From assembly GCA_965224245.1 (NCBI GenBank), contig OZ245046.1:736001-800000 (forward strand): a stretch of DNA of 64,000 nt, given 5' to 3'. The notes under the pieces are model-generated. The model was not told where the DNA came from, made no database searches, and was given only the letters and a program-made list of their open reading frames with translations. Positions 1-9,465 of the stretch are shown here, piece by piece. The position numbers were made by a program, and so were the translations under genes. Numbering within the stretch: the first letter of the stretch is position 1; each line of letters begins with the position of its first letter. The stretch is from Candidatus Eiseniibacteriota bacterium (lineage in GTDB: Bacteria; Eisenbacteria; RBG-16-71-46; CAZAMP01).

Positions 1-301
1 TCGACAGACGCGCGCCGATCAGCACGAACGCTCGGAAGAGACAGAGGTCGCCGAGCGTGAAACCGACGAGACCCGACAGCCCGAGCCACGTCCATGCGTG
101 GCGCGGCGCGTCGAGCGGCAAGGGGGACCCGTGGCGAACCCAGACCACCGGGACGAGGAGGATCGACGCCACGAGGAGCCGGATCAGGTTGACCGGGAGC
201 GACCCGACGCGCTTGCCGGCCGACTCGAAGGCCAGCGCGGTGATCGCCCAGCAGCACGCCGTGCCCAGCGCGGCGCTCTCACCGAGATAAGACACGTCCA
301 T
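1..301 (-). CDS. DMT/EamA family transporter (N-terminal part, runs off window)
   Basis: Not in ORF track. Hand translation from ATG 301: MDVSYLGESAALGTACCWAITALAFESAGKRVGSLPVNLIRLLVA...WLGLSGLVGFTLGDLCLFRAFVLIGARLS, a hydrophobic EamA-type N-terminus. Confidence 0.85.
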   Translation of the reverse strand, partial: MDVSYLGESAALGTACCWAITALAFESAGKRVGSLPVNLIRLLVASILLVPVVWVRHGSPLPLDAPRHAWTWLGLSGLVGFTLGDLCLFRAFVLIGARLS

Positions 302-636
302 CGGCGGGTTCTACGCCATCACGCGTCGCGATGCCAGAACGAACGCTCGGTCGGGGAGTGGCGTGCGCATAGTCTCTTCCACGGCAGGCGCATACGCTGC
401 CATGGGGTGGGCGGGGACGGCGTGTATCGGTTGCTCTCAACCGGGAGATCGCCGCCACGCGACGTGGGACGGCCGCGGTGGACGCGTCGTCCTCGATGTC
501 GCACCTGAAACCGCGACACACACCGCATGCGGCAAGCTGGTAGAATGTACACCTGGAACACTGGAATGTCGCACCGTCGAAACGTGGGCGGGGGTGCGAC
601 GACTCGGAAGGAGTCCCCCATCTCTGGAGAGCAAAC

Positions 637-2895
637 ATGAACGGTCGGCCCCTCGTTCGTTTCCTCGTGCTGTTCGGCGTCGCGGCCGCAGCAACGGCAG
701 CGCCGGCGTTGGCCGGCGGGGAAACACAATCTGTCGCGCGTCAATGGAACGAGCGCCTGCTCGAAGCGATCCGCGTCGACTTCGCGCGTCCCACAGTTCA
801 CGCACGCAACCTGTTTCACACGTCGGTGGCCATGTACGACGCCTGGGCGGCGTACGACGACGTCGCGGTTCCGTGGTTTCTGGGACGCTGGCGCGGGAGC
901 TATTTCTGTGAGTTCGACGGCGTGCCCGAGCCCGTGGACGTGCAGGCGGCCCGCGAGGAGGCGATCTCGTACGCGACCTACCGGCTGCTGAAGCACCGGT
1001 TCGCCGACTCGCCGGGGGCCGACCGCTCGGTGCCCCAGATCGATTCGCTCTTCGTCGCACTGGGCTACGACTCGCTCTACACCGCGACCGACTACACCGG
1101 CGGCGACGCGGCGGCGCTCGGCAACTACATCGCCGAGAAGCTCATCGACTTCGGTTACCAGGACGGCTCGAACGAGCTGAACGGCTACGAGAACCAGTAC
1201 TACGAGCCGGTGAACGAGCCGCTTCTGCCCGAGCTCCCCGGCAATCCCGACATGGAGTTCCCGAACCGCTGGCAGCCGCTCGGGTTCGACGTGTTCATCG
1301 ACCAGTCCGGGAATCCGATCGCGGACACGGTGCCGCCGTTCCTGAGCCCCGAGTGGGGACAGGTGGTGCCGTTCTCGCTGGACGAGGAGCACCTCACGAT
1401 CTTCCACCGGGACGGGTTCGACTACTGGGTCTACTACGATCCGGGCTTTCCGCCGCCCCTGTTGCCGGTCGGGTACTTCACGCCGCACTACCAGTGGAAC
1501 CACACGCTGGTCGCGATCTGGTCGTCGCACCTCGATCCCGCGGACGGCGTGATGTGGGACATCTCGCCCGCGTCGATCGGCAACATCCAGTACTACCCGA
1601 CCGATCGTGAGGAGCATCCGGACTTCTACGACCTGTACGAGGGCGGTGACCCCGGCATCGGCTGGGATCTGAACCCGGTCACCGGCGAGCCGTACGAGCC
1701 GCAGATCGTCCCGCGGGCCGACTACGCGCGCTGCCTCGCCGAGTTCTGGGCCGACGGACCGAAGTCGGAGACGCCGCCCGGCCATTGGTTCACGATCCTG
1801 AACTACGTAAACGATCATCCGCTGTTCGAGAAGCGCTTCAAGGGCGAGGGCGCGATCCTCGACGAGCTCGAGTGGGACGTGAAGGCGTACTTCATCCTCG
1901 GCGGCACGATGCACGACTGCGCGGTGACCGCATGGGGCATCAAGGGCTGGTACGACTACGTACGTCCGATCTCGGCCATCCGCTACATGAACGAGGTCGG
2001 GCAGTGCACCGATCCCGGTCAGGCGCGGTACGACCTGGCCGGCATGCCGCTCCACCCCGGGTTCGTCGAGGTCGTGGAGGTCGGAGATCCGCTGGCGTCT
2101 GATCCCGAGGCCATCGGTCGCCTGAAGCTCTTCGCGTGGAAGGGACCGGAGTTCATCGAGGACCCGGAGACGGATGTGGCCGGCGTGGACTGGATCCTGG
2201 CCGACAACTGGTGGCCGTATCAGCGACCCACGTTCGTGACGCCACCGTTCGCCGGGTACGTTTCGGGGCACTCGACGTTCTCGCGCGCGGCCGCCGAGGT
2301 CATGACGCTGTTGACCGGCGACGAGTTCTTCCCGGGCGGCATGGGTGAGTTCTTCTGCCCGCAGAACGAGTTCCTGGTCTTCGAGGACGGACCGAGCGTG
2401 GACCTGACGCTCCAGTGGGCCACGTATCGCGACGCATCCGATCAGACCAGCCTGTCGCGGATCTGGGGCGGCATCCACCCGCCGGCCGACGACATTCCGG
2501 GCCGGCTGATCGGCATCGAGCTCGGGCCCGACGCGTTCCACTACGCGGAGGCGTACTTCAACGGCAGTGCGGTCTCAGTGGGGGACGGGAGCGCGCCGAC
2601 GCCGCGTTTCGTCGCCCGGAACGCGCCGAACCCGTTCAACCCGAGGACCACGGTCCGCTACTCGGTGCCCGAGGCGGCCGACATCACGCTCGTCGTGCAC
2701 GACGCGCAGGGTCGCGAGGTGGCGACGCTGGTCACCGGGCCCCGGGACGCCGGGATGCACCAGGTGGTGTGGGACGGCCGGAGCAGCGACGGCCTGAAGG
2801 TCGCCAGCGGCACGTACTTCCTCCAGATGACCGCGGTGACGGCGGCCACCGGTCAGGAGTTCGTCACGTCCGGCAAGATGGTGATGATCAAGTAA
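637..2895 (+). CDS. Secreted vanadium-dependent haloperoxidase/PAP2-superfamily protein with FlgD-Ig/T9SS-type C-terminal domain
   Basis: Signal peptide; KGWYDYVRP, TPPFAGYVSGHSTFS and SRIWGGIHPPAD vanadate/phosphate-site motifs; C-terminal NAPNPFNPRT...WDGRSSDGLKVASGTY; GGAGAG RBS. Confidence 0.8.
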   Translation: MNGRPLVRFLVLFGVAAAATAAPALAGGETQSVARQWNERLLEAIRVDFARPTVHARNLFHTSVAMYDAWAAYDDVAVPWFLGRWRGSYFCEFDGVPEPVDVQAAREEAISYATYRLLKHRFADSPGADRSVPQIDSLFVALGYDSLYTATDYTGGDAAALGNYIAEKLIDFGYQDGSNELNGYENQYYEPVNEPLLPELPGNPDMEFPNRWQPLGFDVFIDQSGNPIADTVPPFLSPEWGQVVPFSLDEEHLTIFHRDGFDYWVYYDPGFPPPLLPVGYFTPHYQWNHTLVAIWSSHLDPADGVMWDISPASIGNIQYYPTDREEHPDFYDLYEGGDPGIGWDLNPVTGEPYEPQIVPRADYARCLAEFWADGPKSETPPGHWFTILNYVNDHPLFEKRFKGEGAILDELEWDVKAYFILGGTMHDCAVTAWGIKGWYDYVRPISAIRYMNEVGQCTDPGQARYDLAGMPLHPGFVEVVEVGDPLASDPEAIGRLKLFAWKGPEFIEDPETDVAGVDWILADNWWPYQRPTFVTPPFAGYVSGHSTFSRAAAEVMTLLTGDEFFPGGMGEFFCPQNEFLVFEDGPSVDLTLQWATYRDASDQTSLSRIWGGIHPPADDIPGRLIGIELGPDAFHYAEAYFNGSAVSVGDGSAPTPRFVARNAPNPFNPRTTVRYSVPEAADITLVVHDAQGREVATLVTGPRDAGMHQVVWDGRSSDGLKVASGTYFLQMTAVTAATGQEFVTSGKMVMIK

Positions 2896-3068
2896 CGGCC
2901 TGCCACCGCCCGATGGGCGCTCTCGGTGCCGGCGAGAGCGCCCGTGTCCGTTTCGGGCCGGGGAGTCTTCCCTCCGTGGACGCTCCCCGGCCTTTCTCGT
3001 GCTCGTTGCGCGCGGACGGATCTCCGGGCTTCCTCGGATCGCAGCCGGCCGGTGCACCCGTCCGATCG

Positions 3069-4502
3069 CTACTCGGTGTCCCCGTGAAGTCGCGCGTGGA
3101 TCGACGGCGACATGTCCGACAGCGCCGGAGTCCGGACGGTCGCATAGTGGCAGTGGCTGCACGTCCCGCGGCGTGGATGCGGTCCCAGGATGCGTGCGAT
3201 GCCGTCACTGGCCGCCGGATCGATCTCGGCTCCGTCCGCGCCGGAGATCGCCTTCCACACGTCCTCGAAGATCCGGTGGGCCAGCTCGAGGTTGTGCACG
3301 CCCAGCTCGACCGTGATCTCGGCCAGGCGGGCCTCGGCGTGGTCGAGCGACGCGGCGGAGACACCTCGATCGCGAAGCGAGTTGATGAGCGCCTCCAGCG
3401 ACGCGCGGCGCATGCGGATGCCCTCCTGCCACCACTCGAGCACGCGATCGTAGCCATCGGGGTGACACGCGATGCACTCCGCGGCTCCCGCGCGCACCGC
3501 ATGGGCCCGCTGGGCGCCGTTCACACCATCCGGCGCGGCGCCCCGATGACACCCGCGGCAGCTCATGCCGTCGAGGAACTTGGCGCTCGGAACCGCGTTC
3601 GTCTCGTCGGCGAGCCCGAGCACGAACCGCTGGATGTCGACGTGCACCTCGTCGTGGCACGAGTGGCATCCCTCGGCCGCCTCCTCGGCCGTCAGCTCGA
3701 TCTCGTGGTCACCGGGATGACAGATCGCACAGTCGAGTGCGACCACGCCGCTCATCGCCTCGATGGCGTGTACCGGTCGCTCATGGCACCGCGTGCAGGA
3801 GAGACCCCGGTGGACGTCGTGAAGCGCCTGCCGATCCGTGGGATCGGCGGTGAGCGTCTCCAGCGGCGACGGCTGGGGACGGGGCGGCCCATCCGCATCG
3901 CTCGTCCACGGCTCCACGTGACACCCGGTGCAGCGTCGCTCGTCGACGTGGGTCTCCACGTTGGCCGCGTCGTAGTGACAGCGCGTGCACGACACCCCGA
4001 GCCGGGCGAAGCGTTCGTGCGGGATCGCGGTCCCGTCGGGCGTCAGCGAGATGTGGGTCGGTGAGATGTGGCACTCGCGACACGCGCTCGGGTCGCGACC
4101 CGATACCGCGTCCGCATGGCAGAGGTAGCACGCGTCGCTGGACCCGGGCAGCCGGACCTCACCGGGTGCGTGCACGTGGCAGTTCGCGCAGGCGGCCCCT
4201 ACGTCGAGGCCCCCGTGGCCCCGATGGCGAAACGTCACGCCGTGCCGCGTCGCGCGATAGGGGCCGCCGTCACTGTGGCATCCCGCGGCCAGACAGGCCC
4301 CGTCCGGCACCGAGGCCCGGTGCGTCGCGATCGACGTGGGACCCTCGTGACACGTCGCGCAGGCCAGCTCGACGTGACCGGACGGTGCGGACTCGCCGGC
4401 GGGCGGCCGCTCGTCGGTGCCGGCGACACAGCCGACGACACCGATCAGCCCCGCCGCCACGGCGGCGGCGGTGAGCACGCGATTCAGGAGATGAGTGCCC
4501 AT
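3069..4502 (-). CDS. Multiheme cytochrome c, 13 heme motifs, probable lipoprotein (477 aa)
   Basis: Start MGTHLLNRV at 4502 within ORF 3069..5438; 12 CxxCH plus CLAAGCH; signal ending LIGVVGC; helical segment with GVHN before last heme. Confidence 0.85.
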   Translation of the reverse strand: MGTHLLNRVLTAAAVAAGLIGVVGCVAGTDERPPAGESAPSGHVELACATCHEGPTSIATHRASVPDGACLAAGCHSDGGPYRATRHGVTFRHRGHGGLDVGAACANCHVHAPGEVRLPGSSDACYLCHADAVSGRDPSACRECHISPTHISLTPDGTAIPHERFARLGVSCTRCHYDAANVETHVDERRCTGCHVEPWTSDADGPPRPQPSPLETLTADPTDRQALHDVHRGLSCTRCHERPVHAIEAMSGVVALDCAICHPGDHEIELTAEEAAEGCHSCHDEVHVDIQRFVLGLADETNAVPSAKFLDGMSCRGCHRGAAPDGVNGAQRAHAVRAGAAECIACHPDGYDRVLEWWQEGIRMRRASLEALINSLRDRGVSAASLDHAEARLAEITVELGVHNLELAHRIFEDVWKAISGADGAEIDPAASDGIARILGPHPRRGTCSHCHYATVRTPALSDMSPSIHARLHGDTE

Positions 4503-5398
4503 AGGATCATCCCGATGACGGCCAGCCCGGAGGCCAGCGCGAGGTGACCGAAGAGCGCCGCCACGAACGTCGTGCGAGGCCCCGGTGCGGGTGCCGGCAG
4601 ATCGGGCCGCTGGTCGTCGCCCGAGGGCGGCAGGTGCGCATGACGGCGGATCGAGTCGGCGATCTCGGGGTGCTCCTCCTCCATGTAGTGCACCGTCGCC
4701 CGACCGGTGAACATGACCGCGTCCATCGGAAACTTGTCGGGGCGGAGGTGCACGTTGAAGAAGTGCACGGCGAACAGGAAGCAGATCGCGATCAGCGCCT
4801 CGTACCCGTGGAAGATCGTCGCCACGTTGAAGATCCAGCCGGGGAGGATCTGCCCGAAGAAGACCGGGAACCACAGGAGCAGGCCGGATCCGCCGATCAC
4901 GACGAACCCCCAGATCTCGCCCCAGTAGTCGAGCTTCTCCATGTAGCTGTATCGCGCGAACGCCGGACGCGGGCCGAGACCGAACATCCAGCGCCACTGC
5001 CTCACGAAGTCGACGACGTCGCGCGGCTGCGGCACCAGCGAGTCGGGCCCCCACAACAATGCCTTCCGGCTGGGCGCCCGCGCGATCTGCAGCCCCACGT
5101 AGACGAAGTGGATCGTGCCGTAGATCAGCGTCAGCGCGCCGGCGATACGATGCAGGATGCCGGCGCGCTCCACGCCACCGATCAGGCTCATCGCGGGCGC
5201 CGCCCACGGCGCCTCGGGGAAGCGCAACGGTAGTCCGGTCGACACGAGGACGTAGAACGTCACGATCGCCAGCGCGTGTGTGATGCGATGGAATCGGTTG
5301 AACCGCCAGACATAGCCGCCGCCGCCGCGCTGGGCGGAGTCCAGCGGTGTGCGTCCCCGCTGATCGGGTCCGTGCGTCTCGGGCAGCGTGGACGTCAT
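4484..5398 (-). CDS. Di-heme cytochrome b membrane subunit (FdnI/HydC-like; resembles the b-domain of CbcL)
   Basis: RFNRFHRITH, ILHRIAG, YSYMEKLDYW, FHGYEA..AVHFFNVHLRPDKFPMD; several TM helices with His ligands; ATGA overlap with upstream cytochrome. Confidence 0.85.
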   Translation of the reverse strand: MTSTLPETHGPDQRGRTPLDSAQRGGGGYVWRFNRFHRITHALAIVTFYVLVSTGLPLRFPEAPWAAPAMSLIGGVERAGILHRIAGALTLIYGTIHFVYVGLQIARAPSRKALLWGPDSLVPQPRDVVDFVRQWRWMFGLGPRPAFARYSYMEKLDYWGEIWGFVVIGGSGLLLWFPVFFGQILPGWIFNVATIFHGYEALIAICFLFAVHFFNVHLRPDKFPMDAVMFTGRATVHYMEEEHPEIADSIRRHAHLPPSGDDQRPDLPAPAPGPRTTFVAALFGHLALASGLAVIGMILWALIS

Positions 5399-6642
5399 GA
5401 CTCCGATCCTCCCGAAGGCAGGTCGCCCGGCGTCTCATGGGCGCCGCGCCGTGCGCGCTCGATGGCGGCCAGGCCGCGCCGGCGCTGGATCATGATCCGG
5501 ATCCACCACACGAGCGTGTGAAGACCGAACACGCCGAGCACGCCGATCAGGAGCACGTTCATGAACACGTAGCTCACGAAGAGCTGCGGGTTCTTGTCGA
5601 AGCTCCTCGGATCGGGATGTGCCTCGAACGCGACGAAGCTCGGTCGGGCCTCGGCGTGGCAGCGGCCGCACGTCGCGACCAGGCGGTCGGGGTGTACGCG
5701 CGAGCCCTCCACGCCGGCGGGCAGGATGTCGTGTGCGCCGTGGCAGTCCGAGCACACCGCCGCCTCGCGGGATCGGAGTCGAGCCGCCTTCGTGTGATAC
5801 GTGTCTCCCGACGTGGCGCCATACTCGGCGTGGCACGCGGCGCAGCGATCGATCTCGTACACGCGGAATCCGTCGTCGCCGGGGCCTCGCATCGGATGCG
5901 CCAGATGGCAGCCGGTGCACGCCGGGGCCGTGTCGGTGGTCGCCGTCAGGTCGGTCACGCCGATCTCGCCCGCGAGCACGGCCTGTCCGTGCACGTCGCG
6001 CCGCCACGTCGCGGCCAGCGAGTCGTGACACGCGCCGCAGGTCTCGACCTGGCGCGCCGGCGAGATCCGGGCCAGCGCGTCGTCGGCCCGCCGGATCGTG
6101 TGCGCCCCGTGGCACTCGTGACATGCGGCCTTCCCGCGGTGCGGATCGGCGTGTCCCGTGGCCGCGGGCGACTCCCGGTGACAGCCGGCGCACGTCGCGT
6201 CGGCGATCAGGCGGTCCTCGTCGGATCCAAGGCGCGCGATCGGCATCACGTCGTGCACGCCGTGACAGCTCTCACAGCTCGCGGCACCCCGGCCGTGGAT
6301 GCTCTCGCTCCAGCCCTCGGCCTCGGAGTCGTGGCAGTCCGCGCAGCTCGGGCGGTCCGGTAGGGGGCGCGCGTGCGGATAGTCGTCGATGCCCTCGTGA
6401 CAGTCGGCGCAGGTGACGTCGGCGTGCACGGATCGAGCGCGCGCCAGCGGGTCCACGTAGTGCCCGCGCGCGGCCGGCCACGACCCGATGCGCGTGGCCA
6501 GGAGCTCGGCGTCGCCGTGACACCGGAGGCAGTCGTCGTCGCCGTTGGACGCGGCGGCCGGCCACGGCGACGGTGCGGTCGCGAGCGCAACGGCGAGCCC
6601 GAGGGCGATTGCGCGTGCTGATGGGGTGGTGGTGCGGCTCAT
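5395..6642 (-). CDS. Multiheme cytochrome c, 11 CxxCH, C-terminal membrane anchor (resembles the c-domain of CbcL; 415 aa)
   Basis: Start MSRTTTPSARAIALG at 6642 (ATGA overlap); signal peptide; repeated CxxCHGxH units; C-terminal TM FMNVLLIGVLGVFGLHTLVWW. Confidence 0.85.
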   Translation of the reverse strand: MSRTTTPSARAIALGLAVALATAPSPWPAAASNGDDDCLRCHGDAELLATRIGSWPAARGHYVDPLARARSVHADVTCADCHEGIDDYPHARPLPDRPSCADCHDSEAEGWSESIHGRGAASCESCHGVHDVMPIARLGSDEDRLIADATCAGCHRESPAATGHADPHRGKAACHECHGAHTIRRADDALARISPARQVETCGACHDSLAATWRRDVHGQAVLAGEIGVTDLTATTDTAPACTGCHLAHPMRGPGDDGFRVYEIDRCAACHAEYGATSGDTYHTKAARLRSREAAVCSDCHGAHDILPAGVEGSRVHPDRLVATCGRCHAEARPSFVAFEAHPDPRSFDKNPQLFVSYVFMNVLLIGVLGVFGLHTLVWWIRIMIQRRRGLAAIERARRGAHETPGDLPSGGSES

Positions 6643-7829
6643 CGTACCCAGGCCCCCAGAGCGATCACGAGCGCCTGACAGGTGCCGTGCGCCAGAAGCG
6701 ATGCCACCCACCCGAATCGCAGGTACAGATACCCCAGAATCAGCGCCGGAGCGGTGGCCGTGGCCGCGAGAAAGCCGGCGGTGGTCGCGGCGTGCGGCAT
6801 GCCCAGCGAGAGAACGCCGGGCAGGTTCGCCAGCGTCTCGATCACCGCGGCGCCGACGATGGCCCCGATCGCGGCCAGGGCGATGGATCGTCGGCTCAGG
6901 CGCTCGAGGATCGTGGTCACGATCGCGAGCCGGAACACCACGCCCAGGATCACGACCTCTCCCACGCCGCGGACGATCGCGTGGGGCAGATCGACGCCGT
7001 CGGCGAACGTGGGGACGAAGCTCGGCGGGCCGTGGAAGAGAAGCACCGACGCGGCCATCAGGACACCCCCGGCCGCCGCCGCCATCAGTCCGACGGCGCG
7101 CATGCCCGCGTCGCCGGCCAGCGTGAGCGACGGAGGGTGCACGAGCCGCGCCCGCCGCCGCAAGCCGAGCGTGACGCCGGGCCCCACGAACCAGGTCACG
7201 ATCACGATCGCCAGGAGGACGAGCGCATCGGCCGGAAGCGAGATCCGGTTCCAGAGCACGCGCGGCCCCGGGCTCACGAGCTCGGCGATCAGGGCGATCA
7301 GCGAGAGGAGGGTGGCCGTCGCCCCGAGGCGCCACTCGGGCCAGCGCCGGAACGCGGTCACGATGGCCCGGGTTCCCTGGACCGCGGCGGTCACCGTGAC
7401 GGCGGCGGCGATGATCCATCCCGACGCGACGGCGACCGTCGGCCCCAGGGCTCCCCGCGCCCAGAGGGTCTCGGTCATGGCGACCACCCCGGCGACGCCC
7501 CAGAGCGCGGCCACCGCCGGCAGGGTGTACATCGACGAGATCCCGACGGCCGTCCACGCCTCGGGGACCGACTTCCAGTGCCGTCGTCCGACGACCCCGA
7601 GGAAGGCGCCGTGCAGGAGGCCGATCAGCGCCCCCACGAAGAACCGGACGCTGCTGTCGAGCCAGATCGCGGACGGGGTTTCGGCCGAGGCGCCGAAGAA
7701 CGCCGGCCAGACGCCGCCGACGACGATTCCGCCCGCGGACGTCCAGGAGACGACGACCGCCCCGGTCAGCCCGACCTCGCGCACCATGCGGTGCGCCGCC
7801 ATCTGGCGATGCGTGATCGTCGTGGACAT
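6639..7829 (-). CDS. Polytopic membrane protein with degenerate CPBP (Abi/CAAX protease)-like C-terminal domain
   Basis: Many TM helices; VVFRL, ETLANLP and ILGYLYLRFGWVASLLAH resemble CPBP motifs; GGAGAGG RBS. Confidence 0.6.
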   Translation of the reverse strand: MSTTITHRQMAAHRMVREVGLTGAVVVSWTSAGGIVVGGVWPAFFGASAETPSAIWLDSSVRFFVGALIGLLHGAFLGVVGRRHWKSVPEAWTAVGISSMYTLPAVAALWGVAGVVAMTETLWARGALGPTVAVASGWIIAAAVTVTAAVQGTRAIVTAFRRWPEWRLGATATLLSLIALIAELVSPGPRVLWNRISLPADALVLLAIVIVTWFVGPGVTLGLRRRARLVHPPSLTLAGDAGMRAVGLMAAAAGGVLMAASVLLFHGPPSFVPTFADGVDLPHAIVRGVGEVVILGVVFRLAIVTTILERLSRRSIALAAIGAIVGAAVIETLANLPGVLSLGMPHAATTAGFLAATATAPALILGYLYLRFGWVASLLAHGTCQALVIALGAWVR

Positions 7830-7876
7830 GACCTCTCCGATGTGACGAAGCCAACCACGCTATCGGCCGCCCGGGG

Positions 7877-7902
7877 TCGTGGAAAATACGGACTTTCCAC
7901 GA
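7877..7902. promoter_or_regulatory. Inverted repeat TCGTGGAAA-N8-TTTCCACGA in the divergent promoter of the cytochrome island (candidate operator)
   Basis: Perfect 9-bp arms, AT-rich in a GC-rich background, between divergent starts 7829 and 7954. Confidence 0.55.
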
Positions 7903-7953
7903 GGCGACGGTGCGTCATGATGACGGGCTTCTCGGCGACCTCCGGAGGCGGAC

Positions 7954-9282
7954 GTGGTCTTCACGACGCGGCATCCGACCGCGACGACCCTCATCGGGAC
8001 GATCGTGCTCGTTCTGGGTGCGGGGACGACCGCCCTGGTCACGCTGTCCCACCGGGAATCCTTGACCAACGATCGGTTCTGCGTCTCGTGCCATCCGTCC
8101 GACGTCCATGCGTCGCTCGGGATCGGGGGGCACGAGCTGTCCTGCGCGAGCTGTCACGCCAGCACGCGCCTGGACGCCGCGGTGCTCGGACTGGCCCGTC
8201 TCGTCGGCGCCCGCGGCATGGATGCCACGCACGGCGAGGTTCCGGACGCCGGGTGCGTCTCCTGCCACGTCGATGGACGCGAGGAGGAGGGGCTGATCGG
8301 ACGATCACCCGGCCATCTCGCCCACCTGAGGCCGCCCGCACGCGCGCGGGCGGAGGCGGGGCTCCACTGCGTGCGGTGTCACCACGCGTCGGGCAGTCGT
8401 CCGGATGCGCTGGACTGCCGGAGCTCCGGGTGTCACGAGCTCGTCCGCGATCGACTCGGCGACATGGTGCTGGAGTCCGACGTCGAGTGCATGGTCTGTC
8501 ACGAGTTCACGTCGGCCCCACACGCGCCGGCGTTCGCGGCCACCGGCGACCACCCCGCACGTCCACCCATGGACGCGCTCTTCGAGACCGGGCGGCGTCC
8601 TCACGAGGCGTGCCTCGGCTGTCACGCCGGGCAGCGCCGCACCGACGTCGCGTTCGTGGGCGACCTCGCGCACGGCGGCCTCTGCGCCGCGTGTCACGAC
8701 CCGCATCGGGACACCGACCCGGTCGACGCGTGGCGTTCGTGCGCGGGCCTCGGCTGCCACGCCAGCGCGTCGCGGGAGTCGGCCTTTCACCGGGGACTCG
8801 CCCCCGACGTGCTGCCCGACTGCTCCCGCTGCCACGAGCACCACACGTGGTTCGCGGCGGGCGGGGACTGTGCCGCCTGCCACGCTCCATCCGCCCTCGT
8901 CCCGGGAGCGGTGTTCTCGCACGCCCGGCACACCGAGCTCGGGTGCGAGCGCTGCCATCGCGGGGCCGGGGAGAGCGGGACGCATGGCGAGCTCCGCGTC
9001 TGGCAGCGGGAGGACTGCATGGCGTGCCACGCGTCACACCATCGCCCCGAGGCGTCGTGCCGGAGCTGCCATCCCGCCGCTCGCGTGGCCGGGCACACGG
9101 ACGCGGCGCACGCCGGGTGCTCGGGGACCGGTTGCCACACGACGACGGTGCTGGCGCAGCTCCGGCCCACGCGGCCGGTGTGTCTGGTGTGCCACCAGGA
9201 CCGGGTCGATCACGAGGTGGAGGACAGCTGCGTGGACTGCCACGACGTCGAGGGCTTTCCGTCGGCGGCGAGTGGAGACTAG
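7954..9282 (+). CDS. Membrane-anchored multiheme cytochrome c, 17 heme motifs, NapC/NirT-like N-terminus
   Basis: N-terminal TM then LTNDRFCVSCH; 14 CxxCH plus 3 CX4CH in 442 aa; GGAGG RBS before GTG. Confidence 0.88.
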   Translation: MVFTTRHPTATTLIGTIVLVLGAGTTALVTLSHRESLTNDRFCVSCHPSDVHASLGIGGHELSCASCHASTRLDAAVLGLARLVGARGMDATHGEVPDAGCVSCHVDGREEEGLIGRSPGHLAHLRPPARARAEAGLHCVRCHHASGSRPDALDCRSSGCHELVRDRLGDMVLESDVECMVCHEFTSAPHAPAFAATGDHPARPPMDALFETGRRPHEACLGCHAGQRRTDVAFVGDLAHGGLCAACHDPHRDTDPVDAWRSCAGLGCHASASRESAFHRGLAPDVLPDCSRCHEHHTWFAAGGDCAACHAPSALVPGAVFSHARHTELGCERCHRGAGESGTHGELRVWQREDCMACHASHHRPEASCRSCHPAARVAGHTDAAHAGCSGTGCHTTTVLAQLRPTRPVCLVCHQDRVDHEVEDSCVDCHDVEGFPSAASGD

Positions 9283-9465
9283 GTCCGGCGGCCCGCTCGG
9301 CCTTGCGCCGGCGCCCCGCGCTCGGGCTCGACGCGGTCCCGGACCGGCCCGCCGCCTCGCACGATCCCTGCTTGACCCGGCGCTCCGATCCGCGAGACAG
9401 TGTCCCACTTCGATGCCCCGGCGCCTCGTCGGAGTCCGATCCGTTCCTGAGCCAGTGGAGAGCTC

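Noticed and set aside
319-2541. Long antisense or alternate-frame ORFs (319..2541, 6573..10139, 9034..11418, 16519..18858, 19297..21384, 39260..41824 and others)
   Set aside because: Arg/Pro/Gly-rich shadow frames of well-supported genes, expected at high GC; no motifs
3069-7854. Apparent giant ORFs 3069..5438 and 5395..7854 (also 27340..30036, 43751..46456, 50017..52683) as fusion proteins
   Set aside because: N-terminal parts are stop-free shadow of the upstream gene; real starts have signal peptides, RBS or ATGA/GTGA overlaps further in
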